DNA of 63,909 nt, counting the filler, from Trichomonas gallinae (Eukaryota): the NCBI GenBank assembly GCA_008369845.1. It is 8 parts of 8 records of this genome, joined end to end, with 100 filler letters (N's around TTAATTAATTAA, not from the genome) between each part and the next. Parts side by side here need not be neighbours in the genome. Positions count along the whole stretch, not along the records: positions 1 to 8,825 come from MRSU01000911.1; positions 8,926 to 22,966 come from MRSU01000912.1; 6 more parts are not named here. One strand, given 5' to 3'. Every line of letters starts with the position of its first letter. Position 1 is the stretch's first letter. The position numbers and the translations under genes are program-made. This document shows, one piece after another, positions 1 through 10,112 of this stretch. The notes under the pieces are model-generated. The model was not told the DNA's origin. It was given only the letters and a program-made list of their open reading frames with translations, and did not search any database.

Positions 1-47
1 TATTAGATGCATAAATACTAAGTTTTATGAATAGATTTCATTTGCAA

Positions 48-127
48 AGTACCAATAATTGATAAGTGCTTACTGGGAGCCCATTTTTGGTACCTTTATG
101 TGACCTTTCGTTTCAGACCTGACTTTT
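48..127. repeat. ~80-bp dispersed intergenic repeat, copy 1 (copy 2 at 5934-6012)
   Basis: agcccatttttggtacctttatgtgacctttcgtttcagacctgactttt aligns with agcccacttttggtacatttatgtgatctttagtttcagactcgactttt at about 5963-6012; the upstream agtac..aata..tgataag is also shared. Confidence 0.8.
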
Positions 128-558
128 GAAAATCAGTTTATTATAAATCGCATCATATTAGTCTTATTTTGCTTTCACAGACTTATTAAGGCACTTTGGG
201 AAAAGTTAATCTGTGCCAAATGTTACATCATTGGAACTAGTATCTGCATCAAGAAAAAAAAACTCGTCAAGTGAATAAATAATAAAGCTGAAAACGTGAA
301 AGACAAGATCCACCCACCCTATTAAAGCCTGTACATGCATTGCTTTTGGTAATTTTGAAATAGAAATGTTAAATACGCGAAAATATAATAAAAAATTTGT
401 GAATAAAGATTTTTATTTATTAAGGGGGTGATAAATTAAAACAGGGGAAACAAAATTTTACGAAACTTCGTTTTTCGTGTATAATATACTATAAATAATG
501 ATATTATCAAAATGTGAAGTGTCAGTTTGACAAAATTGACAAATTTCATTATTTTTCG

Positions 559-2277
559 ATGTTTGGTCTCTTTCTAGCCATTTCTGCTAGCTTGTATGTG
601 CCATTCAGCGAAACAATGTCATTAATATTCGACTCTTATAGTGATAAACAGTTTGGTTCCGTTCTAAAGAAAAATAGCATCGTCGTTGCTTGTTTTATAA
701 ACATTTCTGCTGACGGAGTAGAAGCTTATCTCGATGAATTCTCAAAGTTACCAACAGTTTTCTCAGAAGATGTCAAGTTTTGCGTTCTCGAATGCAAAAA
801 AGCAAAAAGATTAACAAGACAATACGCTACATACCTCCCACAGATCTCATTCTTCATTGATGGACATATACAGTACTCAATTCCATTCCCATCAACAGAA
901 ATGGAGCTTTTGTCCGCAGTTGACGTTTTTATTCGTCCATCTATGCCTACATTCACTGACGAGAAGACTGTCTACGAGTCATTAGGTGAGACATCATACA
1001 CATTCATTTGCACACAGGATACAGTCGAAAACGCAAGCGATTGGCTTGTTTCTGTTTCTAATAATATTGGATCATTCAATATTGTGCAGACAACACCAGA
1101 TGTCATGAAGAAGATGAAGTTTTCTGGTGAAAAGGTCTTGTTGTACCGCAAAGCAGACAAAATTATCAAAGAATTAACAAATTACAAAGAATTCGTAAGA
1201 GCTATCTATCCAACATTCTATCCGAAGTTTGATTTGGAGACAATTGCCAACATTGGTGAATCCGTTGGTATTCTTTGCGTCGAAGAATCAGCAACTAAAG
1301 AACAAAAAGATATGCTTGCGAATTTGGGCTCAAAGTTCCCTGGCGTCGTTTTTGGTATCATTAACGACAAAGAACTCGATGAGATTCATATTATGACTGG
1401 CGGAAAGACCAGACAGTTTCCATGCTTCTTAGTTGTTAATTGGCCAGCTTATGTTTACTATCCAACGACACAGTTGAATGCTGCAACTGAAGATTACATC
1501 AACAACATCATTAACGGAACAATCAAGGAGATTTATCCATCAGAAGCAGTTCCAACTAAACAAGAAGATCCATTCGTCACAAAAGTCGTCGGCTCCAATT
1601 ACAAGGACTTCGTCAGTGATCCAGCAAATGATGTCATCATGTTCTACATTGGTCCAGACAAAGATGGACTCAGAGATGCACATAAGATTGGAAAGTATAT
1701 CACAAAGAACAATATTCCAAACATTAAAGTTGGTTACATCATCACATCAATCAATACATGCAAGGATATGTTCCCAAGACTTGTTTTCGACCCACAGATC
1801 AACTTCTTCCCAGCTCACGATAAGAGAATAGATTATATCCATTTTGGAGCTCCAACAGTCTATTCTATCCTCGAAGGACTCAAGAAATACTCAAAGAACA
1901 ACATTTCTTTGAATTATTCTCAGTTCAGGTTCAGCCTTGAACTTATTTACCTTGTTGACTTAATCCATGACATTACAGAATTACACAAGGCTGACAGAGC
2001 CCGCGCTGAGGCTTTCATCATTCAAAGAGGAAAAATGCTTGGTTTCGGAACAAATCTTGGCCACATTGTCAACGCAGTTTATAATGCTGCTGGCGGCCTT
2101 GTTGCAGGCTTTGATGATGAAGGAATCGCAAAAGACTTAGGAAATGAAAAAGATGACTTTGTTGAGCCTGATATCGAAGAAGAGCTCACAAGGCAAACAT
2201 ACCGCGAAAAGTCTAGCAGAAGGGCACACAGACAACACCGCAAATATGCAAACAGAGGTGGTATGACATTTGATTAA
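559..2277 (+). CDS. Protein disulfide isomerase-like, multi-thioredoxin-fold protein lacking CGHC motifs
   Basis: ATG at 559 follows an Inr-like TCATT (546-550). N-terminus MFGLFLAISAS is hydrophobic. SEAVPTKQEDPFVTKVVGSNYKDFVSDPANDVIMFY resembles the PDI x-linker/a' domain start, but no WCGHC follows. Confidence 0.65.
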   Translation: MFGLFLAISASLYVPFSETMSLIFDSYSDKQFGSVLKKNSIVVACFINISADGVEAYLDEFSKLPTVFSEDVKFCVLECKKAKRLTRQYATYLPQISFFIDGHIQYSIPFPSTEMELLSAVDVFIRPSMPTFTDEKTVYESLGETSYTFICTQDTVENASDWLVSVSNNIGSFNIVQTTPDVMKKMKFSGEKVLLYRKADKIIKELTNYKEFVRAIYPTFYPKFDLETIANIGESVGILCVEESATKEQKDMLANLGSKFPGVVFGIINDKELDEIHIMTGGKTRQFPCFLVVNWPAYVYYPTTQLNAATEDYINNIINGTIKEIYPSEAVPTKQEDPFVTKVVGSNYKDFVSDPANDVIMFYIGPDKDGLRDAHKIGKYITKNNIPNIKVGYIITSINTCKDMFPRLVFDPQINFFPAHDKRIDYIHFGAPTVYSILEGLKKYSKNNISLNYSQFRFSLELIYLVDLIHDITELHKADRARAEAFIIQRGKMLGFGTNLGHIVNAVYNAAGGLVAGFDDEGIAKDLGNEKDDFVEPDIEEELTRQTYREKSSRRAHRQHRKYANRGGMTFD

Positions 2278-2607
2278 AATCATTTTTTATTGATTTGAAC
2301 ATCATCCTTTTTTTCCGCATTCATATAATTGCGTTTCAAAAGTCGAATACGACCAAATAATTGATAATACTAATAAACAAAAGGTATCACTTATTTGACC
2401 TTTCATTTATAAATTTCAAAACAGAAAATTTAAATTATGATTCCATTGTATGGATAACAAGTAATATTTAGCTGATAAATGTATTGGCTTGAGAAATTTT
2501 CGTCCCTAATGCTAGATGAAAACATGCAGAAATGATATATATCTAAAAAGTACACTATTTGACTATAAAAAGAGAAGAAAAGGAAATAAATATAATGAAA
2601 GTTTATT

Positions 2608-3828
2608 TTAGAGTTCATATAATTTGAAACATTTCTCGACATCCTCCTTAGGAACTGCAGCTCTCTTGTCTTGGATTCCCTTAACGAGTTTGCCAAGGAC
2701 TTCGCCGACCTTCTTCTTGAGTTCGCCGGAAAGCATTCTCTCCTTTCCCTCTGGGAGCTCACCAGGGCCGTAGAATTTAACGACGTGCTGATATTCTTCT
2801 TCGTCCTCGAGGAAGAGCTTGAGGTAGTATGTTGGGATATCTACAGCGAGGTTGGCTCCCTTCTCCTTGTGCTCCTGGATAGTGTCTTTGCCGCCGGAGA
2901 AAGCGAACTTGTTGATCTTCGTCGCGATTTCCTTCGGTGTGTTCTTGATGTAGATGGACATGTAATCGCGGATGGAGTTCTTAGCCTTTCCACCCTTGGC
3001 TGGCTGGTCGTTTGGACCGGCTCCGAGGGCGAACTTGGCGAGCTTAGGCATCTTCTGGCCGGACTGTGGGGCTGGGACGAATCCGCCGAATAAAGCGAAT
3101 GGTTTTTCGACATTGATCTTTTCGCAGAGGGAGCATGCGAATTCGAAGAGCTTGGACTGAGAAGCGCGGAGGAGCATCAAGCATTTGAGGCTTTCGCAGC
3201 CTGGGAAGATCTTTTGGACGTAGGATGGAATCGCGCAGCATCCTTCCTGGAAAACAGCATCCATTGTGCCAACATTGACGTTATCATCTGTAAAGAAGGC
3301 GTGGAAGAAGTCTCCGAGTGGGTATTTCCTCTGAAGATCGCAGAGTAATACGTAATTAAGAGAAACAGCGACAGTATTTGTTAAAACGATTGTCTTTTCC
3401 TTGATGAAATCGAAAGCAAGGATGTCTTTGATTGTTTCTTCTGTCCATTTCTTTGTTGCTTCGAATTTGAGATTTTGCTCTGAATCGCGTGTGTATGCTT
3501 TGTAGTCATTGACGTGAATGAAGACGTAGCAGTTGAGGGCTTTCTGGAGGTAGTGAGCGAATTGGAGGAATAAAACGTGTCTTAATGTTGTTAAGCGGTC
3601 GGACGGAGAGATTGGAAGGTAAATGTAGAGTGGCTTTCCAGATGTGGCGTGCTCGATGGCAGCGTCAAAGCCAACATGGCCGTTGAAAATATGGCGCCTT
3701 AAAGCTGCATTTGGTGAAGTTTTCGTGAGTTCAGCGAATTTTGCGATAAGTTCGTCTGTGACTGTCTGAGCGCCATATGTTTCTGGCTTTGGAATGAGAG
3801 ACTCGATTTCGACAACTGGATTCTCCAT
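2608..3828 (-). CDS. Tryptophanyl-tRNA synthetase-like protein with degenerate catalytic motifs (probable pseudoenzyme)
   Basis: The eukaryotic TrpRS C-terminal domain is clear (TPKEIATKINKFAFSGGKDTIQEHKEKGANLAVDIPTYYLKLFLED...MLSGELKK). HLGH, AIDQ and KMSAS are replaced by TLRH, RASQ and KMPKL. Confidence 0.85.
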   Translation of the reverse strand: MENPVVEIESLIPKPETYGAQTVTDELIAKFAELTKTSPNAALRRHIFNGHVGFDAAIEHATSGKPLYIYLPISPSDRLTTLRHVLFLQFAHYLQKALNCYVFIHVNDYKAYTRDSEQNLKFEATKKWTEETIKDILAFDFIKEKTIVLTNTVAVSLNYVLLCDLQRKYPLGDFFHAFFTDDNVNVGTMDAVFQEGCCAIPSYVQKIFPGCESLKCLMLLRASQSKLFEFACSLCEKINVEKPFALFGGFVPAPQSGQKMPKLAKFALGAGPNDQPAKGGKAKNSIRDYMSIYIKNTPKEIATKINKFAFSGGKDTIQEHKEKGANLAVDIPTYYLKLFLEDEEEYQHVVKFYGPGELPEGKERMLSGELKKKVGEVLGKLVKGIQDKRAAVPKEDVEKCFKLYEL

Positions 3829-4080
3829 TTTTTTAGTAATGTTCGAGGACGATTATTTTTCATTCAATTTTGACCCTGATTGACCACCTAACTCTGATTA
3901 TGCATTATTTGGACTTGTTCATGATTTCTGTGGCAGAGATTCATCTCAATTTTTTTTGAAACCAAATTTTCTGAAATTCTGACAACAGACTGCCACGTAA
4001 ATAAATGTTTTGTCATGTAAATTATTTTTGACACGTAAATATTAATTTTGCTATATAAATTTTGTAGTTTTTGTTATGCT

Positions 4081-4490
4081 AATATCATTGGCAGCCAAAT
4101 ATTATTTATCTAATCATAAATTATAAAGGTGCTGACACATGGTCTTCCCAGCGGAATCCTTCCAAATTACCGCTATAGATACAATAGAGCCATAAGAGTC
4201 ACATATTAGAAAATCTCAAAAAGTTATAAAAGATTCATAAAGTTTGAGCGATCTCATCTTCATATACATTCTCATTATATATATCTAATAATAATTAGAA
4301 GATTTTGAAATTAAAGAAATATAGAAAAACAAAGAAAGTCAATACTTCATTGGAAGCCATATATTACATATCTAATCATAAATTATATCAAAATCTAATA
4401 ATATTTTTATGAACTTGAAATTAGTGAAATAGAGAAAAAATAAATAATGATAATTATTCATTAGAAACCAAATATTACATATCTAATACA
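4081..4490. repeat. Degenerate ~110-bp tandem duplication (about 4282-4392 and 4393-4490) plus a partial third copy (about 4086-4124) in a divergent promoter
   Basis: cattggcagccaaatattatttatctaatcataaattata / cattggaagccatatattacatatctaatcataaattata / cattagaaaccaaatattacatatctaata. Confidence 0.7.
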
Positions 4491-4571
4491 AAAAACATAG
4501 TTTGCTAAAATTTAAGTCAATGATTGAGGTCACTTTTAGTGTCACTTTTAGAAGCCATCTTTTTCCATTTG

Positions 4572-5399
4572 ATGGAAGGAATTGAAACTTTGTTGCTTAG
4601 CATAGACTCATCATGCTTCGATTACGTAGTAGAGAAAGTTATCAATACAATTATTGAGTTGAAAGATGCCTCATTACTCGAAATATTGAATTTAATGTCT
4701 TCACTCTTAGATGTGCGTCCAAATCTTTATAAAATGTACGCAGAAGCGTTTGCATGCATATTAAATGCAATTCCGCAAGAAAAACACAAAGATCTTCAAT
4801 CCGCGATTCAAAATTTGAAGCCAATATTCGTTGGTTTTCTCGTTGATGTCGGTGTTATCAACAAGGCTCACATTTTATCTAGAATTGGCGATAGTTCTAT
4901 GAAATGCGCATTTTTGCCTTGCGCGGATTCCCTGAAAGAAATCAGACCTAATATACTAACAGAACTTGATCCTCAGATTACCAAACAAATTCAGGCTGGA
5001 TGGAAAGTTTTTTACGAAGCGTTCACAAATGATGACATTACACAGATTTACAAACTCACTGGCAAGTTTATCTTCCAGTTTGGGGATAACGTAATAGAAA
5101 ATCATCCGTTATTCTTCGCTGCTGCATTTGGTGCAGAAAATATTTTCAAATATTTCATGAAAAAAGGTGTATCACTCAAATCTCCCATATTTAAGACATC
5201 TGTATTCGAATCACTTGCGCAAGCTGCTGTAGCAGGTGGAAATACACAAATCGTTAAAATTTTGGATGAAAAACAGATTGATGTCACAAAATACAAGGCT
5301 GATGCCGTCAAATACAAGAGACGCAATATATTTGTATTCATATCAATCAAAGAAAACCCAGAATTAGCAAAGAATCCAAATGCCATTAAATTCGAGTAA
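4572..5399 (+). CDS. Hypothetical protein with a degenerate C-terminal ankyrin-like region (trichomonad-expanded family)
   Basis: ATG at 4572 downstream of TCACT elements; motifs HPLFFAAAFGAENIFKYF and AQAAVAGGNTQIVKIL. Confidence 0.7.
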   Translation: MEGIETLLLSIDSSCFDYVVEKVINTIIELKDASLLEILNLMSSLLDVRPNLYKMYAEAFACILNAIPQEKHKDLQSAIQNLKPIFVGFLVDVGVINKAHILSRIGDSSMKCAFLPCADSLKEIRPNILTELDPQITKQIQAGWKVFYEAFTNDDITQIYKLTGKFIFQFGDNVIENHPLFFAAAFGAENIFKYFMKKGVSLKSPIFKTSVFESLAQAAVAGGNTQIVKILDEKQIDVTKYKADAVKYKRRNIFVFISIKENPELAKNPNAIKFE

Positions 5400-5933
5400 C
5401 TCTATATTTAGTGAAAGGTGTATATTTTGAAAATATAGGCTTTTCTTTCTTGCTAACGCTTGATTAATATTATTGAAATTTTCTAATTCTGTTATGCTCT
5501 TTTGTATTTTACTAACATAAATTTATCTATCATGTTAAATTAAATAAATATTGCTAATTGAAAACTAAAATTAAAATATAAATTTTTATTAGTTTTATTT
5601 TTCTAGTATTAATTGGTCCATATATACTCAATTTTCACAACCCTTTAATTTTTGTCTGAAGCTTGAGAGTTTTATAGATAATAAAATTTCTATGAAATAT
5701 TTGATAAATCAGGAGGATGTTCTATTAAAAAAATTAAAAGAATGAACTGAAAAGAGAAATAATGCTTTCAAAATGATATAATTCATTATGATTTTTGCTT
5801 CATATTGAAGAAAGATTCTCTATTACTATATGTTGTGTCCAATGATATAGGAAAGAGCGAGGGTCAGTTTGAAGAGGCCATAAATGGCCATAAGAAAATA
5901 AATTGCATTTTAATAGTCGAGTATGATGTTGTT

Positions 5934-6012
5934 AGTACTAATACTGATAAGCCCTAAATAGTAGCCCACTTTTGGTACATTTATGTGATCTTTAGTTTCA
6001 GACTCGACTTTT
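5934..6012. repeat. ~80-bp dispersed intergenic repeat, copy 2
   Basis: Direct-orientation match to 48-127. Confidence 0.8.
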
Positions 6013-6146
6013 TATATTTGTTCGAACAAGCAAAAAAACTTTAAAAATTATGTCAATTTTTGACATTTGACAAAATTTTGTCAAAAAATCTGAAAACGAT
6101 TATTTTCAACAGAAAATTTTGGCCGGATAATTTTCCAAATATTTTT

Positions 6147-7211
6147 ATGAAAGACGCCGAAATCGTTGAGATTATCAAATCCGACAACGTCGAAAAGCTT
6201 TCAGATGCCATAACATCGCAATCTGAAGCTGACAGGAAACTCGAAGTTGATGATAATAATCTTCCAACTGAATTAAGAGATGGAGCGCCTCTTATTTCAG
6301 CAGCTGCCTTCTTTGGATCAGTCAAATGCTATAATTATCTCGTTGAAAAAGGCGCTGACATTTATGCTCTTGATGAAAATGAATTAACTGTCTTACAATT
6401 CGCAATTCACGGTGGATCCCACGTAATCATCAAGTCTGTCATTGATGCAGGCATTTCGGTTCCATATATTGGCTTTTATGCTCTCAGAATGCAAAATTAC
6501 GATACATTCTTTTGGATGGTTGAGAATAAGTACGTGAATCTATCAGATCTCGACTTCTTAAAGAGCTCTTATCTCCATATTGTATCGCAGACAGGAAATA
6601 CTGACGCTTTCAAGAAATTGATGGAGCTTTACAAGTTTGATGTCAATTTAAAGGACTACCAAGGACGAACTGCGCTTCACTACGCATGTGGTGAGGGTTA
6701 TAAGGAGATTGTTGAGATTTTAATGAAAGATCCAAACATTGACCCTTCGATTGAAGACAATTTCAACAGAATTGCAGTGTATTACGCACATGCTCAGGGT
6801 AACTGGGACATTGTCAACATCTTCTTCAATGGAAATGTCAACGGATTCCTTGATAATGGACAAACACATCTAATGGTCGCGAGTAGGAAAGGAAACATCA
6901 ATCTCGTGAGATTTTTGTTAGAGATACCTGAAGTAGACATCAATATTCAGAACAGTTATGGTCTTGCCGCTCTTCATTTTGCTGCAAGATTTGGTGAATA
7001 TGAAATTGTTGAAGAATTGTTAGGCCATAAAGGTATTAAAATCAATGTACAGGATAAGCAAGGCAAAACTGCATTGCATTACGCAAAAGAAGCAAATAAT
7101 GAAGATATTATTGCTTTGCTCTTAAAGAAAGGCGCAGATCCAAACATTGTTGACAATGAAGGCCATAAACCATTGGAAGAAATTGAAAACTTCGATCCAA
7201 ACAAAAAATAA
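6147..7211 (+). CDS. Ankyrin repeat protein
   Basis: Repeated GRTALHYAC, GQTHLMVAS, GLAALHFAA and GKTALHYAK units; first in-frame ATG at 6147. Confidence 0.93.
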   Translation: MKDAEIVEIIKSDNVEKLSDAITSQSEADRKLEVDDNNLPTELRDGAPLISAAAFFGSVKCYNYLVEKGADIYALDENELTVLQFAIHGGSHVIIKSVIDAGISVPYIGFYALRMQNYDTFFWMVENKYVNLSDLDFLKSSYLHIVSQTGNTDAFKKLMELYKFDVNLKDYQGRTALHYACGEGYKEIVEILMKDPNIDPSIEDNFNRIAVYYAHAQGNWDIVNIFFNGNVNGFLDNGQTHLMVASRKGNINLVRFLLEIPEVDINIQNSYGLAALHFAARFGEYEIVEELLGHKGIKINVQDKQGKTALHYAKEANNEDIIALLLKKGADPNIVDNEGHKPLEEIENFDPNKK

Positions 7212-7348
7212 TTTGAATAGAAAATCATAATCATTGCTAAATTTAAATTGTTTATATTAAAATGTATCAAACAACAAATATATTTTTTAATATAAAATAT
7301 ACAAAAAAAAAACAAAATATAATAAATCATTAATTAAGTAACAAAATA

Positions 7349-8269
7349 TTACTTAGTTGCGGTTAATGCTAAACCACCTGATGCTGGTGGTGGTGCACCA
7401 GATTTCGGTCGTGAAGTGGCGGAGGATGTCGTAGTAAGTGGTTTATTAAATGTTGATCCAAATCCTTTGCCAAGCATAGTAGTTTTTGCATTTTCAACCT
7501 TCTGTGTCATATCGGCGCCGAATAAATCGATGCTTTCTAACCATTTATCCACCTTGGAATTTTTTTCTCGAATATATTGATCGTATTGAGAGCGTATGCC
7601 TTCAACATAGTTTTGTATTTCTTTATTTGATATCTGCGAAAGATCATATTTCTCTTGAGCTTTTTCTTCTGTCAAATTGAGTTTATCGAGCATCGCCTGC
7701 CTAACAACTTCGTATTTTCTGCGTACATGTGTCATTTTGGTGCTAAGACGGATCAACGCTTTATTTTCATTTTGCAAAACATCTGAAATTACATGCTTTG
7801 ATTGCTTAGTTTCAGAGAAAATAGGCATATTTTGTACACCTGCGATGTTGATTGCAAGATCTTTGAATTGATGTCGAATATTTTTAACAAATCGTTGAAG
7901 GAAGTTAGTTGGCATGACGCGAACATGAGATGCATTTCCTAAATCTGTTTTTGCCGCTCTTAATTCCTCATCTAAATCTGTAATTGCTTTAAATCCGTTA
8001 TCAATCTTTGTTGCAAGTGATGTTAATGGTCCAAAGAGCTCGTTTTTAGTTCCTTTTTTCAATTCATCTAGCGAACTTTCAATCATTTTATACTCATTTG
8101 GAACTTCAAAGGTTTCATAATTTTTAATCGAATTAAATATTGAGATAATATTATTCCTGGTTTCAGTTTTTAATTCATCTAGCATCATTGAATCATTGAT
8201 GATTTCTTCTACTTCTGTTGTCTGCTTTTTAAAAAGCCCAAAACCAGTACCAAGCTTAAAAGTTGACAT
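7349..8269 (-). CDS. Coiled-coil protein with terminal FG/GFG dipeptides (possible Nup58/Nup49-like nucleoporin)
   Basis: MSTFKLGTGFGLF at the N-terminus and GKGFGSTF plus an S/T/P-rich tail at the C-terminus, around a helical core. Nucleoporin identity is an inference. Confidence 0.5.
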   Translation of the reverse strand: MSTFKLGTGFGLFKKQTTEVEEIINDSMMLDELKTETRNNIISIFNSIKNYETFEVPNEYKMIESSLDELKKGTKNELFGPLTSLATKIDNGFKAITDLDEELRAAKTDLGNASHVRVMPTNFLQRFVKNIRHQFKDLAINIAGVQNMPIFSETKQSKHVISDVLQNENKALIRLSTKMTHVRRKYEVVRQAMLDKLNLTEEKAQEKYDLSQISNKEIQNYVEGIRSQYDQYIREKNSKVDKWLESIDLFGADMTQKVENAKTTMLGKGFGSTFNKPLTTTSSATSRPKSGAPPPASGGLALTATK

Positions 8270-8697
8270 CAAATTTTTGACTCTACATGGCAATAATGAA
8301 GTGATGTTAAATCAATATTTTTGTCGTGTAAATGATATTTCTGCTATGTAAAACGTATTTTTGTCAAGTGAATTCAATATTTTTGACGTGTAAATTTTGA
8401 TGCATTCAATTTTTGAAAAATGCCGGATATTTTGATATATTTACAAATTCCTAAAAACAAAAAATCATTTGTCTATTGAAATTTTAAAGATCTCAAATAA
8501 CACTCATAAACATTTATCTGGCAATCTAAATTTCATATTTTTAAGTCTTTTCTACGGCAATTTTCTACCGGCATACTTCTTACATGCAAATTTCAATATC
8601 AAATTTTGTCATGTAAACATATTTATGTCGTATAAAGTTAAAATTTGTCATGTAAAATAAGGGAAGCAATCATTTGCTTAGAATGTATAAATTAACA

Positions 8698-9827
8698 TTA
8701 TGTCATGTGCATAACAAAATTTGAAACAAAGGTACTCCAGCTGATTTCTGACGCTCCATTGGCAGCGAAACTTTGGATATAGGTAGACCATATCATAGAG
8801 GATCTATATGTATAATATCGAGGAANNNNNNNNNNNNNNNNNNNNNNNNNNNNNNNNNNNNNNNNNNNNTTAATTAATTAANNNNNNNNNNNNNNNNNNN
8901 NNNNNNNNNNNNNNNNNNNNNNNNNGTTTGTATGTGTGCAAGTTCATTCATATCACTTGTTGTTGCAATGCCACACGTGCTGAATGTTCCTGCACCATTA
9001 TTATACAAATCAAGACTATCAACATTGCAATTTGATAAATAAATATTTCCATTTGTATTTCTCGAAAATGGCTTCCCAGATCCATAAGGACCAAAAATGG
9101 AACAATTTTTTATTGTAACATCAGCACGATATGAATAAATTGTTCCATATGATGCTGTTCCTTGAGAGTTATTTACAATATTACATAAATTATTTTCAAA
9201 ATGGCCAACTCCAACCCCATCAAAATATAAACAAGTATTGTCTCGAGCATAATTGTCTACAAATGTCGAATATTTATTGACTGGTGTTCCTTTTGGATAA
9301 TAATACCCAATTCCTGAATATCTATTTGCATAATTTTTGGAAACATTTGAATTTCGAATTCCAAATATCCCAAGATATGAATAAATAGTACTGTAACTAC
9401 TTGATTCTGCGCAGTAAGAAATTGAGCAATCAATTAGATAATTTTGATAATTTGGATTATTATCATAAAGATAAACATATGAATGAAATGCATGATGACC
9501 GTTCATTACATATGTATTTGTTGTGCAAAATCGATGCTGGATAATCGAACTTCGGCATTGGAAATATATTGCTCCTCCATTGTTATTGCTTTTAGTACAT
9601 TTATTGAAGAAGCAACAAGAATGGAGAAATTTGATATTATCTGCTGTAATACTAATTGAGCCTGATGATTGGTCATGGAAATTACTTTCATAAACAAAGA
9701 TCTCATTAGGACTTTGTGAAACCGCAAAATTATCACCAAAAGAATACCGATTCCCGTTATATGTTTCATCAAAGAACTCTCTCCAAAGATCAACTGGCGC
9801 ATCATCGTTATGTGTTAATGATATTAA
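8698..9827 (-). CDS. GGAI/FxxN-type (Pmp-like, beta-helix) putative surface protein; spans an assembly gap and has no ATG at its natural 5' end
   Basis: Frame is open from 9827 (LISLTHNDDAPVDLWREFFDE...NNNGGAIYFQC) into the 9506 ORF. A plausible C-terminus (PRYYTYRSS...FVMHMT*) lies across the gap and ends at 8698. Confidence 0.6.
8826..8925. other. Artificial 100-nt scaffold linker (N44-TTAATTAATTAA-N44); identical linkers at 22967-23066, 35312-35411, 46716-46815, 55108-55207, 56850-56949 and 62354-62453
   Basis: Seven identical N-padded spacers carrying stop codons in all six frames. Confidence 0.99.
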
Positions 9828-10112
9828 TTATTTTTCAAATATAAATCGATTTATGATATAAAAATTTTTCAATAAATATATTTAAAATATTACATAAAGT
9901 AAACTACAAAAATCTTAATTTTGGTCGACATATTCTGTATCTTGTACAAATAATGATAAAAACAATTTTAATATTTTGAGATTTTTATTTTGATTGATAG
10001 TATATTATTTTATGATTAATATTTGAATTAGAAAGTATTTTTGAGTTAATAAACTAATAAACAAAGAATAATTTATTATAAATAACAAAAAATAATATCA
10101 AATAAAAAACAG

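Noticed and set aside
2671..3241. Long antisense and alternate-frame ORFs over the TrpRS-like gene (likewise over the TtcA-like, ADH, Prp43 and rpS5 genes)
   Set aside because: Expected by-product of strong codon bias; no recognisable motifs
8870..8881. Repeated TTAATTAATTAA palindrome between N runs (seven copies)
   Set aside because: Artificial six-frame-stop contig linker; gene adjacency across these joins is unverified
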